A stretch of DNA of 64,000 nt, taken from the NCBI RefSeq assembly GCF_035594765.1, contig NC_085842.1, positions 277,249,749 to 277,313,748 of the forward strand, given 5' to 3'. The stretch is from Anolis carolinensis. Taxonomy: Eukaryota. This document shows positions 51,546-64,000 of this stretch, one piece after another (position 1 is the first letter of the stretch; each line of letters opens with the position of its first letter). The translations under genes were made by a program, and so were the position numbers. Under the pieces are notes generated by a model. That model was not told the DNA's origin and did not search any database. It worked only from the letters and a program-made list of their open reading frames with translations.

Positions 51546-53454
51546 CACAGATTGTAGTGTTTCATCTCATGTTTAGTCTGCTAGGATTCTGAATACCACA
51601 CATCCAAGTATGACTCCATAAGATATAAAATGTATATTGGAATTAATCTGTTGTATACTGATTTGTTTTCATAAAAGTGATGCTGTATAAAAGGAAAGTT
51701 GCAAGTACAGTTCTTTGGAAGTATACATTGCATGTTCACATTCATGTAACAGTACATTTCCATCTAAATATTATGGATGCCTTATTCGGGCCCTGTAGAT
51801 CACACATATGCTCTTCTACTCAGGTTTGTACACAGTATATAAATGAGGGATGTATCATCCTTCTGTGAATCTTGGCTTGTTTCATTTTCATTGGCATGGA
51901 CTTATTATAACACATCATGCTTAATCTGATTCATTGTCGTCTATAATCTGTCTAGAAAGGAACCTGAATCATTTAGTATATGTTGAAGGTATTTCAGTTA
52001 TTGTTATATCCAGCATTGCTACATTACCTCTTTTCAGTTGTATAATAGTCATATAAACTATAAACTTACCCAAATGATTAACTACTCACTCCCATTTTGA
52101 AAGTGGTGTCCTTTATATAATAATATTGTAACTTGTTAACCTGTTAATATTCCCAGTCTGGAGCTTGCTGGAATATATCCTTTCCTTATTACACATGTAA
52201 CTTCAGCAATGTCATGATTTGCAGTGATGAGTTGATGTTATGTATGCCCCATCTAAATATACACCTTTACTTTCAGAGCAGCTTTAGGATTGGAGTATTG
52301 ATCAGAGCATTTAACAGATACCAATGGACCAGTACACAAAATCATTGCAATACATTGATATTATGAAGATGTACTTCTGCTTCATGAATTCTCTGGCTCA
52401 AATTCCTTCTTATTCTCCACCTTTGCAATTTTTCAGTTAATGTGTAAGGTCATTCTTCCATTGGCATATGCTTCTTTCATGGTTTGTTATATATTTATTC
52501 CTGTAGCAATTGTCTGTATACTTATATCTGTATGGGTTCATAACAGATGATATTTCTCCCAGAGGTTATTTCTTTCAATAGGATTTTTGTTTTGTTTGCA
52601 TTTGGATTGATAATAGTTTCTACATTGCTGCTATGTTTAATAACTCACAAGAATTGGGAACATCTGGGATCTTTCCATTCTATAAGCTTCTGATCTGTTT
52701 CTTATGTCACAACAGTGAAACTTTTCTCCACTGTGGGAATGATTGAGAGCTTATAGCGTTAAGATTGTAATACTATTTTTGTTTAAACCACATATGGTTG
52801 TTCAGAAAGAGTTGTGTGTAGCATACAATATGTGGCAAAAGAAAGAATGAGGCAACTTTGTGCTATGTCATCTCTAAACAAGCTTGGTGTTCTTGGGTGT
52901 GATTGTGACAGAAACTGATCAATCTTTTATGCTGGAATAAAATCTCAACATAAAGTCTGGTTTTGTTTTTGGCCCATAGAATGTAGTACGGTGCTATCTT
53001 GTCCTTTACTTCAAATAGTATAGTGTCATGGCTTCTTACCCTACAGTTTCTCTACACTGCCAAACGCAAGCATACAGTTAATTAAAATATATTTAAATGC
53101 ACTGTTCTGTTAATTGTCCCCAGTGTGCAGAAAAAGCAAAAATCCCACAAAATAAAAAAGACCCAAGTAACCTGTCAGCTTGAGATCTCATCTCATCTTG
53201 GAAACTAAGTAGCATCAGTTCTATCTAGTTCTTGGAGATATCCAGTGGATATTGGATACTAATGGAAGTATCTGGCAAAACTACCTCTGAATACTCTGTG
53301 AAAACCCTATGATATTCATGAGTTTGCCACAGGTTGACAGACAACTTGAAGGCACATACATATTCACCTGTATGTTTTTTCTGAGCAAGAGTTGTTTTGA
53401 GTATGTAGCTGGATTCCCAGCATCGAAGGGGGTGTTGAATACAATGATCTATGG

Positions 53455-53589
53455 CAGTGGTTCTCAACCTGGGGTCCCCAGATGTTTTTGGCCTACAACT
53501 CCCAGAAATTCCAGCCAGTTTACCAGCTGTTAGGATTTTTGGGAGTTGAACGCCAAAACATCTGGGGAACCCCAGGATGAGAACCTCTG
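53455..53589. mobile_element. hAT-type MITE
   Basis: TIR cagtggttctcaacctgggg; 8-bp TSD atctatgg. Confidence 0.92.
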
Positions 53590-55932
53590 ATCTATGGGGA
53601 CCCTTCCAACTCTGATTCCATGTTTGCATGATTGCATAGAATGTATGTTTAAGTTTTTATATTTCTTTAATTTCTTTAATTTTTAATTATTGTATTTCCT
53701 CCCCCTCCTCCACTGCCCCTTCAGAATAACCTGAGAAAATAATTCTCAGTCAGAGAAAAGGCATAAGATGTTTGTAGTAGATGTATGCATCACCTTTTAC
53801 TGTCATGTCTTCTAAATATGGAGAATCAAATGTGGACATTGTGAACTGCAAATCCCAACTTAGTGTTTTTAGTGAACTGCAAATCCCAACTTAAAGTTTT
53901 CCCACTCTTAATTTTGGAGTAAAGTTATTGAAAGGAATGATAGGAGTAGCAGGTTTTTTTAGATCTTCAAAGAACACCAAGTACAAACCTTGTCCTCATA
54001 TTGTTGCATAATTGTTTCAGTAGTATGGATCATACGCTGAATCAACCAAGATCTACTTAAGGTTTTTATTATGCTATGTAACATATTACAGTGATTATAT
54101 TGTAAAGCTTATTATAAAGTAGTTTAAGAATCAAATCTAGAGCCATTCATACCCCAATGGATTTCTTTTACTTTATGTGACTTCCAGACATATAACAAGA
54201 TTAACCTAACAAATTTGATACTTTATTTTCACTGTGCTTACCTGCTAAAAACATCTCACTTTGGTTAAATTTACCACACACAAACACATAATAGAAATTA
54301 AATAGCTGTAAAACTGTTGTTTGCAGTTTTACCTTGTGTTTAAAGGACAATTATTTCTAGAGAGTTGGCATTTGTAACCATACAGAGGATAAAATTGATT
54401 CCAGTTACAGACCATCTTTGTTTGAACAGGAAATACCAGTAGTGTTTGAAAAATGGATTATTAAGACTTTCATTCTCTGACGGTGGTTCACATGTTCTAT
54501 TTGCTAACACAGCACCGTACTGGGAAAAGTGTGGCTTTTCTCTAGCCCAGATTATTTGCTCTACAAATCTTTAGAACGGGAAATAAAAAACAGTTAATGG
54601 TTCATGGGGCATGTGGAATTAGTTTAAGCAAAGCTGAACCCTTATCCTTTTGGCAGCCTCTTCTTTCCTATGCTGTTTTGTCTATGCTTGCCTTGAAATA
54701 TGTCAACAAATTTCCCCTAAGCTCCAAAGCAGGGGTTTGCAATAAGTGTATAGTGGCCCTTTCCGTTAAGGGAGAAAATTTGGAACAGATGTGCCTCAAG
54801 AAGGTACAAGTTGGTCTTGTTAAAACATTTGTAAAGAAAAATAGCTTCAGGATCTCCCAAAGAAAATCCCCTTTGAGCTCTCGAGATATAAGAAAAGGGG
54901 TATGGTTTTTGTTATGTTATTCTGATAGCATTCTTTCCACACAAGATTATTGACGAATCAAGATATGCTTAGATCTGGGAATCTAAAGTGAAGAAGCATA
55001 AGTAGGAACAGAAAGCAGTTGTAGCTCGGGGCAGGATTATTATTTACTTAGTAATTATTGAACAGAATAGTTTCATAGTATTTTTATATGGTCAAATTTG
55101 CTGGAAAGAATGCAGCTCGCAGTATCACAACTAATTTAAATAAAACTCTATGTAAACCAGAGGTCTATAGTGACAGTCCTGTATTTTTATAACCAGATCT
55201 GCTTTGTACTGCATACTCTTGTATTGTGTTTCAGTTTAGAAAATAAAATCTCAGGAAACATTAGGAAAGGTGTATAGTATGGTACACTGGCCATCCAGGA
55301 GCCATGGCTGGCCTATGAATTGGCCTGGATTATGAATGTGGTAGTCTTTAGTCAGGGCTGCCACCCAGCATGCTTGAAATGTTTTAACTGCAATATTATG
55401 TGCTCAGGATCAACAGCAGAAGTTACCATCCTATACAGTGCTAGACTTTGAAAACACCCTTGGAAACAAAGAATGCTATGCTGGTTACATGGACGCCAGA
55501 TGAGGATTAGCATAGAATCATAGAATTGTATACATCAGATATAGAAAAACTGTTTGACTCATGCACACTTTGTCATTATCTACATAACTCTAAAGTTCTA
55601 TGAAATACTAATGCTTAAAATAAATATCTATCTCGATCAGTGCTGTGAATCGGTTGGACTGAAAGCAGTGGTGAGTCGTGATGGACCCTTTGGCCAAAGT
55701 TATTGTTTGTTGGCTGTTTGCCTTCTTGCTCACTTTCAGAGCCCATCCCAGCTTCATGTCCTACCTGGGGTATTTCAGTTTTATTCAACATTTCCAGCAG
55801 ATGGACTGAGATGGGCATCAATTGTCAGTTGGGTCAGTCAATGGATCAGATCCCTGAAATATCAAAACTCCAACAGATTGCAACTAATAAAGCCTTGGTC
55901 TTGATGTTTGCTATCCTGCTATTTTCACTGTA

Positions 55933-55959
55933 GTGTGTGTGTGTGTGTGTGTGTGTGTG
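55933..55959. repeat. (TG)n microsatellite
   Basis: directly visible. Confidence 0.95.
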
Positions 55960-56489
55960 ACTGCTTATGTGCAAATTGGGTAGAAGCACAGAAGCCTTAT
56001 TCAACCATTTTAAGAGCAACTGTGTTGAGAACCAAATTTGTGTTTTGGTTCCCATTGCCTGTACTACCAGAGAAGCTTTTATCACCCTGAAATGTAGATA
56101 CACTCCTGTCACCAGGAGAAAATGCATTTCAGAAATGTGAACTAGTAATATACTGATACATATCTCTTACTGAAGTGCACAGGATATGAAACGGGCATCC
56201 TCAGATTATAAAAATAATAATAAACCAAGTTGCTGAATTACTGAAACATATCTAGGAAACTGATACAGTGACAGATGATGAGAGCCACAAATGTGTACTC
56301 ATTTTCTTATACCCTCTGTGCACACAGTTCAAAGTACAGGAAAATAACCTATTAATGTATGTGCAGTGTTCTTTTAAAATGTTCTAAAAGTGTCTGCCAT
56401 GTGTTTCTAAGAAAAGCTATAATAATTCCATTATGACCAACATATCTTACCTATGGTTGCTGATTTGGTCTCTTTTTCATAATCCTCAG

Positions 56490-56599
56490 GACAGTGAAAA
56501 GAAAGGATTTATGAATAAGCTCTATGCCATTCAGGAAGTATGTGTCAGTGTCCAGAACATCCTTGATGAAGTGGCTTCCTTTGGAGAAAGGATAAAGAA
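56490..56599 (+). CDS. MCTP1: MCTP1 internal coding exon
   Basis: cctcag acceptor and gtgagt donor; 110 bp, phase 0/2; DSEKKGFMNKLYAIQEVCVSVQNILDEVASFGERIK(N). Confidence 0.96.
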
Positions 56600-57357
56600 G
56601 TGAGTGTTGACACATTGATGTTCAGTTGCTCTCAGATGGTGTTCATATGTATTTCTCCTCTATCAAGTTGCGAAATGCTATATGTTTTGCACAATGTACA
56701 AGCATCATGTATTACAAACATTGCTGATATAAAAGTGCTATCATTTTGATCAGAAAAACAGCAACACATTACTGGTTGGAAAAAAATATAAATTGATTGT
56801 TTCAAAGTGCAGCATTTTTCTTAATTAAGGTCCTGTAAAGATGACCAAATTTATACCCGACATTCTGGGCAGGGGGGTAGTTTGTATCCCGAATCATCCT
56901 TGAAGGCATGTGAAGTACTTAGCACTACATCAGTTTGGCAGCAATTCTTTCCTCTAATCTGAGAGCTCAGAGTTAGGTCCTGAAGGCGTGACATAGAACT
57001 TTATTAATTCCCTTGAAAGAAAATTTGAAAGAAGGGGAACACTGGGAGAGGGCGTGTGAGGAAGGCATGGAAACTCTTTCAAGTTTTGGATGAAGAACAA
57101 ATGCTATGGAATTCAAAGACAGCCCTTTTCTACATCTTGGGAGAACATAAAGCCCACTTTCTTAGGAGTGGTTTCAATCTCCAGCATAGACATTGCATTC
57201 TGCATCCATGTATTCATAAACCATTTTGGCTCTTTCATTCAAGGAAAATTTTTGCTACATTTATAGATCTATATTCTGCCTAGCTGGTGCTTGTTCTTTT
57301 ATTAATTCCGTTCTGTGAAGTTATTATATTTCTGACTTCTGTTAATTTTCCATTCAG

Positions 57358-57467
57358 TACATTCAACTGGACTGTTCCATTCTTAAGCTGGCTGGCCATT
57401 GTTGCCCTCTGTGTGTTCACAGTCATCCTGTATTTCATTCCACTGAGATACATTGTCCTTGTCTGGG
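57358..57467 (+). CDS. MCTP1: MCTP1 internal coding exon (second membrane segment)
   Basis: cattcag acceptor and gtaagt donor; 110 bp, phase 2/1; (N)[36 protein letters not shown](G), seen in the ORF track at 57287..57475. Confidence 0.96.
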
Positions 57468-59344
57468 GTAAGTAAAGCCTTTTTTCCCCTCCAAAGCCGT
57501 CTGTGTGACATAGAACAAACTCTTTTTTAAATAATGAGTTATATATTGTCCATAGTCGCTATTTATGATCATGAAGCTAGTACATGATGGAAACAGACAG
57601 GTTAGTTAGAAATCGCAACTGTGTAAAGATTTAGATCCACCTGAAAGATGCATTTTTCTTGTCTAGCATTTTTAGACTTCATCGTAATATCAACATGTAT
57701 CCATGAGAACTCTTCATACATCAAGCTGTAGTTTTGTCTAGATATTACTTAGATTTATTTTGACTCCTTACACAAAAATAGTAGCTGAAATTTGTATGGC
57801 ACATTTATGACAATATGCTACTTTTGTGCTTTATCAAATCAAAATCCAAAGAGGCAGTTCTCAGGAACCAGCAATATGGGGTCACCTTTTAAATGAACAG
57901 ATAAAGCACTTATGTACATTACATAAAATAATCAAGCTTTGTTCTCTACTTATGCATTTGTACATATTTTAGAATGACAAATAGTGGAAAATGTACAATG
58001 AGTGCATTGTATATAGTCTCTTTTTTAATTATGACATATTCCTGGACTACAGAAATTTATGGCTGATGAAGCCTCTGGGTAACCACTCAGGTTAGCTTCT
58101 TTTCCGTGTACAGGCAGTTCCCGAGTTATAAACCAAAAAGGGGTTGCAAGTTTACTCTTAAATTGAATTTGTATGTATGTTGGAAGAGGTACAGCCAAAA
58201 AAAATGGCATGGAGTTGTACGTTCAATGCAACTTCAAGTAAATGTTTGTCTTAATATATTTATTTTTACCCGTGTGTGTAAATGCTTAAACATTTTCAAA
58301 TATCTCAAAAGTTATCTGTGCAAATTATGTAGATTGAGTAAGCCTATTTCAGTTGGGGCTAACTACCATGGTCCAGAACTCAAAGTCTGAGCATGATGGG
58401 TTGTCTACACTGATAAAACAATTGTACTCATTTCGGAGCTGCCTTGATTCTTACACATGATATAACGACACCTTTAGCAGTGAAGTGCTTTCTTGAGGCT
58501 TGAATACAGTATACCAAAATCTATTTTTTCCTGTGCAGTTTCCAGGACAATCTGGTTTGTTGCGGGGTTTTGCTACATACGTAAAATCTAGATGATGTGG
58601 TTTTGGGGGCAGAGGTTGGCAAGCATTGTCAGTTTTTTAAAATGTTCACTACTTCTTGCTGGAGTATGTGCTTTGAAACATTGCAGATTGCATTGCTTTT
58701 TGTGTAAGTACCACAATCCCTTCTCAGAGTGGGGGAGAGATGGTTTACTGATGAGTAAACAAGAGGATGAAACTCTCCCCCCACTTGCCTAGGGCAGCTC
58801 CGATTTCAGTTGCTTCTGCAATCACTGCCACCATCCTCTCCTTGTCAGGCAAGCCCCACACTACTTCTTCCTCACTCTTGTTCTGGCTCCTTGTCTGACT
58901 TTAGTGGCAGCACAGAACTCTCCTCTAGTTTACAAGAGACAGTTTGTTGGCAGTAGGCCTGAGGGTGCCATAGCAGCAATGGCTGCAGCTATGGAGCAGC
59001 ACTATGAACCATCCAGTCACCCTGGCACTGAAAGAGAGGAGCTCACTACCACCACTGTTGAAACTGGACAAGGCTTAGCCTGGTGGTGAGAGATGATGGC
59101 AGCAACTATAGGAGCAGCAGTAGATAGGATGGGAGCTGGACTAAACAAGGGGGGGAATGATTGTCCTCTCACTTATTCCTAAGTAAACTGCGTATTCCTG
59201 AATAAACCACTAAAATTGTGCTGATTTGAACTTATAGTGCAGGTAGCAATACAATTTAAGTATGATATATTGCAGGTAGGCATAGTCTGTTCGAGACAAT
59301 ATGATGGTGACGATATTGTGGAGGAACTGTCCACTGTTCCTTTA

Positions 59345-62300
59345 TCATGGACCAATCACTACCTGGAACTCTAAACCTTTGCAGGGATGGAGGACCGACT
59401 AGGATGGTCCGCCCCTGGAGACTTATGGATCCGGACGGATTCCTGATGGCTCTTGGGGAGTTTCCTGCCACCTCGGTAGGTGATTCTGTCAAAGATCTGG
59501 TGGACCTCTGGAACAGGGAGATTGCTATGGTGGTTGACACAATTGCTCCTGAAAATCTTCTTTCACAAAGCAGAGCCAAGTCAGCTTCCTGGTTCACTAG
59601 AGAGCTGGTGGCGATGAAACAAATGAAACTGAGACTAGAGTTGCATTGGCGGAAATCTTGCAGTGAATCTGACCGAGCACAGTCTAGAGCATATTTAAGA
59701 GCCTATTCCATAGCAATGAAGGCAGCACAGACATCTTTCCCTGCTCCCAACATAGCATCTGCAAAGAACCACCCATGAGAACTGTTCCAAGTAGTCAGAG
59801 GACTTCTAAACCCTAACCAATCAGTAGTTCATTGTGAAGAATTTGCTAGGTTCTTTATAGATAAAGTCGCCCAGATGCCAGTATTGCCAGTATGTCAGAC
59901 TGCCAGATGCCAGTATTGCCAGACTTAGACGCCAGTATTGATGCAGACTCTGTGGATGTAACTCAGGTTTCTGCTTGTTGTGTTTTAATGGATTGTTTTC
60001 AGTTTATACAGCCTGATGACGTAGAAAAGATCTTGGGAGAATTGAAGGTGACCTCCTCTGGACCCTTGCCCTTCCTGGCTGATTAAATAGGCCAGAGGGG
60101 GACTGGCAGAGTGGGTGAAGATGCTGGTCAATGTCTCCTTGGCAGAAGGCTTAATGCCAGCTAGCCTAAAGGAGGCCATAGTAAAACCTCTATTCAGGAA
60201 AACGGCACTGGATCCCACTCAATTGGACAGTTATTGGTCAGTTTCAAATCCCTTCTTGGGCAAGGTTCTGGAAAAGGTGGTGGCCTCTCAGCTCCAAAGT
60301 TTCTTGGAAGAAACCCATTATCTGGATTGACTTCAATCCGGTTTCAGGCCTGGCTATGGAACAGAGATGGCATTGGTCACCTTGGTAGATGATATACGAT
60401 GAGAGCTAGACAGGGGGAATGTGTCCCTGTTGATTCTCCTGGACCTGTCAGCGGTGTTCAGAACCATTGACCATGGTATCCTTCTGAGCCATCTATCCAG
60501 AATGGGGCTAGGAGACACTGTTCTACAGTGGCTTCACTTCTTCCTGGAGGACTGGACCCAGAAGGTGGTGCTGGGGGACTCCTGTTCAACCTGGCCTGTG
60601 GCCTGTGAAGTCCCTCAGGGATCTATTCTGTCCCCCATGCTGTTTAATATCTACATGAAACTGCTGGGTGAGATCATTTGGAGTTTGGTTTCACATATAT
60701 GCTGCCAACACCCAACTCTATTACTCCGTTCCACCAAAAGCCAAGGATGCCATCCTGATCCTGAACTGGTGCCTGTCATCAGTAATGGACTGGATGAGGG
60801 CTAATAAATTGAAATTAAATCCTGACAAGACAGAGGTATTCCTAGTCAGTCGGAAGGCAGATCAGGGTATAGGGATACAACCTGTCCTGGGTGGGGTTAT
60901 ACTCCCTCTGAAGACACAGGTACGCAGCTTGGGGGTGATCCTGGATTCATCGCTGACCTGGAGGCCCAGGTGTTGGGTGTCCAGGTGTCATGAAGACTTT
61001 TACAACAAAAGTTAAAACATCCTGGTCAGACTGAACAAAATATCCCACTTCTGACACCAAAAATGTTATGAATAACTTTTCAATAACTTTAAAGCATAGG
61101 TTCTTTTTATTGCAGTTTCAGTCTGAGAGGTATAGCAGAACTTTTACAAAACAACAAAGAACAACATTTAGACATACAAACATACAGATTCTATGCAACT
61201 ACATTGGATTCACAAACAACCTACAGTTACATTGGCTAAGAAACAAACAAAGGGGGGGGGGTTACATTTTCATTCATCATTCACACACAACATGCATCCA
61301 TCTTCATGCACACAAATATTACCATATTCTTTCTCCCTTCTTGGAGAAGCACCTGCTTAGGCCAGACCCAGCTTCCACTGCTGCCTGCCAAGACATCGTT
61401 CCAAAACGCTAAAACGCTAACACTTCAAAAAGACCATGACTTCAAAATGCACTCTTTTCTCTTCCCATGAGAAAAAGAGGCTCCAAAAAGTGAACAGAAT
61501 CCTGCTTTCCCATAGCAGATCTGCCACTCCCAAGTACACCATCCCCACTGAGCATGGCGGGTGAACAGCGTCGCTGTCTGTCACACCTTCTGGATTGTCA
61601 TAAGGTCACTTATATAGCAATATTTTGCTGATGATGTTGTCCCAAAGTTGTAAATGAGTGATAGACGTCTTCCATCCTGGAATATCCTCAGTTTCCTGGA
61701 CCAGATGTTGATTTCTCTTGATTGGTGTTAGCAAACAAGCAGTTCTGCCCCAAAAGTTCATCAAGTTAGCAAATGTTGACAGATGTTAACAGATGTAAAC
61801 ATTTCTCTTATCAGTCACAGTTCTTATCACAGTTTGCCGGGCAGGTCAGCTATTTCAGGTCTCATTAGCAGGTTTTAATTACAATTCCTGAGCAGGTAGT
61901 TTTCCAGGCCTTAGTCTACAGACTGGTGTCTTCAAATTTACTAGCTCTCTTTCACTCTTCCATTCATATCACATATCATATATGCATATTTTGGTCACAC
62001 AGGAGTGCTTTGCACAATTAAAGTGTGTGTGCCAGCTGCGCCCATACCTTGAGATGCCAGATTTGACCATGGCAGTCCACACATTAGTTACATCCCATTT
62101 AGATTACTGCAACACACTCTATGTGGGGCTGCCTTTGAAGACCGTTTGGAAACTCCAGCTGGTCCAGAGATCAGCAGCCAGACTATTAACTGGGGCTTCA
62201 TACAAAGAGAGAACCACTTCCATGCTACAGCAGCTCCACTGGCTACCAATCTGTTTCTGGACGAAATTCAGAGTATTGGTTATTACCTTTAAAGCCCTAA

Positions 62301-62840
62301 ACAGTTCGGGCCCAGACTATTTGGCTGATCGCATCTCCGCATGCAAGCCTACATGGGAACTGCGATCAGCAGATGAGACCCTGCTCTTGGAATGAGATAG
62401 GGCCTTCTCTGTGGTCCCCACCTCTGGAACGCCCTCCCTTAGGAGACTAAAATGGCCCCCTCTTCCCTCTCCTTCAAAAAATAACTAAAGACCTATTTAT
62501 GCTCTTAAGCATATAGAGAGGAGGATATATGAAATACCTGGCACAAACAAAATGGAATTGCAATTTGGAAACAGCTTGGTACTCTCATTTTTAAATCTGA
62601 AGTTTAATTTTTAATTTTATTAATTCCAATTTTAAGTTATTGCCTTTAACTGTTGTTTGTAAAATGTAATTTTCTAGTTATTTGATGTCTAACGTGTTGT
62701 AATGTTTCAATGTTGCCTGATGTCGATGTTTAATGTGTTATCTGATTTGTGGTGTTTTTTTGTTTTTTGTTGTGAACTGCCCTGAGTCCCCATGGGGATA
62801 GGGTGGGATAGAAATAAAGCTTATTATTATTTATTATTAG
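59345..62840 (+). mobile_element. 5'-truncated degraded L2 LINE interrupted by a solo LTR
   Basis: ORF pieces homologous to the L2 at 29312-35495 (MVRPWRLMDPDGFL, VPQGSILSPMLFNIY, WMRANKLKLNPDKTE, LHWLP); 3' tail at 62770-62840. Confidence 0.92.
60986..61999 (-). mobile_element. solo LTR (1014 bp), ERV- or Gypsy-type
   Basis: minus-strand TGTGA...TGACA termini; 4-bp TSD cagg (60982-60985, 62000-62003); TATA-like at 61609-61617 and AATAAA at 61106-61111 on the minus strand. Confidence 0.88.
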
Positions 62841-63415
62841 CAGTAACTGAGTGAATCCAGGGCAGCTCCAGGGCTAAATTATCTGAATTACAAATAAGTT
62901 TTTTTGGTAAATGAGTCCAAAGATGATTTTCCAGGTCAATCCATGCAATGACAGCCTCAGGACACATTAAGATAAGACTAAATTGAGACTGATCATCAGG
63001 CACAGGCACCACCAGAACAGGTAGAACAATCAGTTGCTCCAGATACCTGAAACCTTTGGACTGGATGACCAGCCTGCTTTACTCTCAAATTCTTGGACTG
63101 GCTTTTGACCTTTTTTTTACAAGCCAATCTTTCCAAGCAAGATTGCTCCCAAATACTGATTTATTTGCTTGGCCATATGTATCATTATACAAAAGCTTGG
63201 AGTAAATTGCCTTCTCCCACAGAACACACTTTGTGAATGCAAAATTGAAATCAGAACACCAAAATTTGGATGTAGGCTATTACATTCCAAGAATCAACAT
63301 GGAAGAAAATAAGAGTGGTTATTAAAATTCTCTACTTCTATCTGTCCATTTCGTGGATGTCATTTTGAATTTAAAACTTAATAATTTATTAATGTATGTT
63401 GTCACTCAATTTTAG

Positions 63416-63513
63416 GTATCAATAAATTTACAAAGAAACTCCGAAGTCCATATGCGATTGATAACAATGAACTGATAGATTTCCTCTCCAGAGTTCCATC
63501 AGATGTACAAGTG
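63416..63513 (+). CDS. MCTP1: MCTP1 internal coding exon near the C-terminus
   Basis: ttttag acceptor and gtatgt donor; 98 bp, phase 1/0; (G)[32 protein letters not shown]; terminal exon not in window. Confidence 0.96.
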
Positions 63514-64000
63514 GTATGTATATGTTTGTCATTGTGAAACCCATCATATTCAAGCAGTGTTGATATTAGTTTCTTTTTTTTTAAATCAACATTATTTGGA
63601 ATTGTTTCATATGATGTCAGAATTTAACTTTCAAGACAGCGAACAGACTAAGGTAATGATGAATACGTAACCTACAGTCAGCATTTGTGACTGGTTCATA
63701 TCCATTGTCCCTATATTTTTGCTACTCTAGGAAATATGTAGAAACTGGGAACGTTTTCTTGTACCATACAGGAACCACTGCAAATAATACAGGTTTGTTC
63801 CTCTCTCTGTTGGAAAGCTGCTAACTGACATTTTGATCTCCGCCATGAATGATATCTCATACAAGGGAGAATTCCAATCAGAATTCTGGTTCTGGTTTCA
63901 TGCTGAAGATTGCTCACAGGAGGGGATGGAAATGTGAGTTAGCTGCTTCTCAATTAATGAGAACAGCAGCTGTTGCCCAGTAAGAAGGTGGGTTGAACTG

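Noticed and set aside
57287-57357. N-terminal part of the ORF-track call 57287..57475
   Set aside because: It is the intron polypyrimidine tract; the exon starts at 57358
58730-59260. GC-richer stretch before the second L2 as an exon or part of the L2
   Set aside because: No homology to the first L2 and no frame-compatible splice sites; probably an old repeat I cannot classify
14873-63513. Assignment to the paralogue MCTP2
   Set aside because: Peptides such as YAIQEVCVSVQNILDEVASFGERIKN and [13 protein letters not shown] fit MCTP1 as I recall it better than MCTP2

Overview
Vertebrate nuclear DNA, AT-rich and repeat-rich. The repeat families (Sauria SINE, Penelope, L2, CR1, RTE/Bov-B, hAT and Tc1 MITEs) point to a squamate, most likely an Anolis-type lizard. 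The whole window lies inside one + strand gene, MCTP1. Five short internal exons (120, 54, 110, 110 and 98 bp) have GT-AG borders and splice in frame to give the C-terminal transmembrane region; neither start nor stop codon is in the window. The introns hold a probably full-length but dead L2 LINE, a second 5'-truncated L2, three solo LTRs (two nested in the L2s), a truncated Penelope element with two small relics, SINEs, MITEs and a 159-N gap. The most notable non-coding signals are two minimal hammerhead ribozyme motifs in Penelope pseudo-LTRs (sense to the MCTP1 pre-mRNA), an 86-codon ORF starting at base 5 of a solo LTR, an 82-bp near-perfect palindrome, a 45-48 bp target-site duplication and a 51-bp local duplication at a LINE junction. 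Family names come from recognising motifs by eye, with no database search. I found no convincing wholly new system; most signals belong to known classes.
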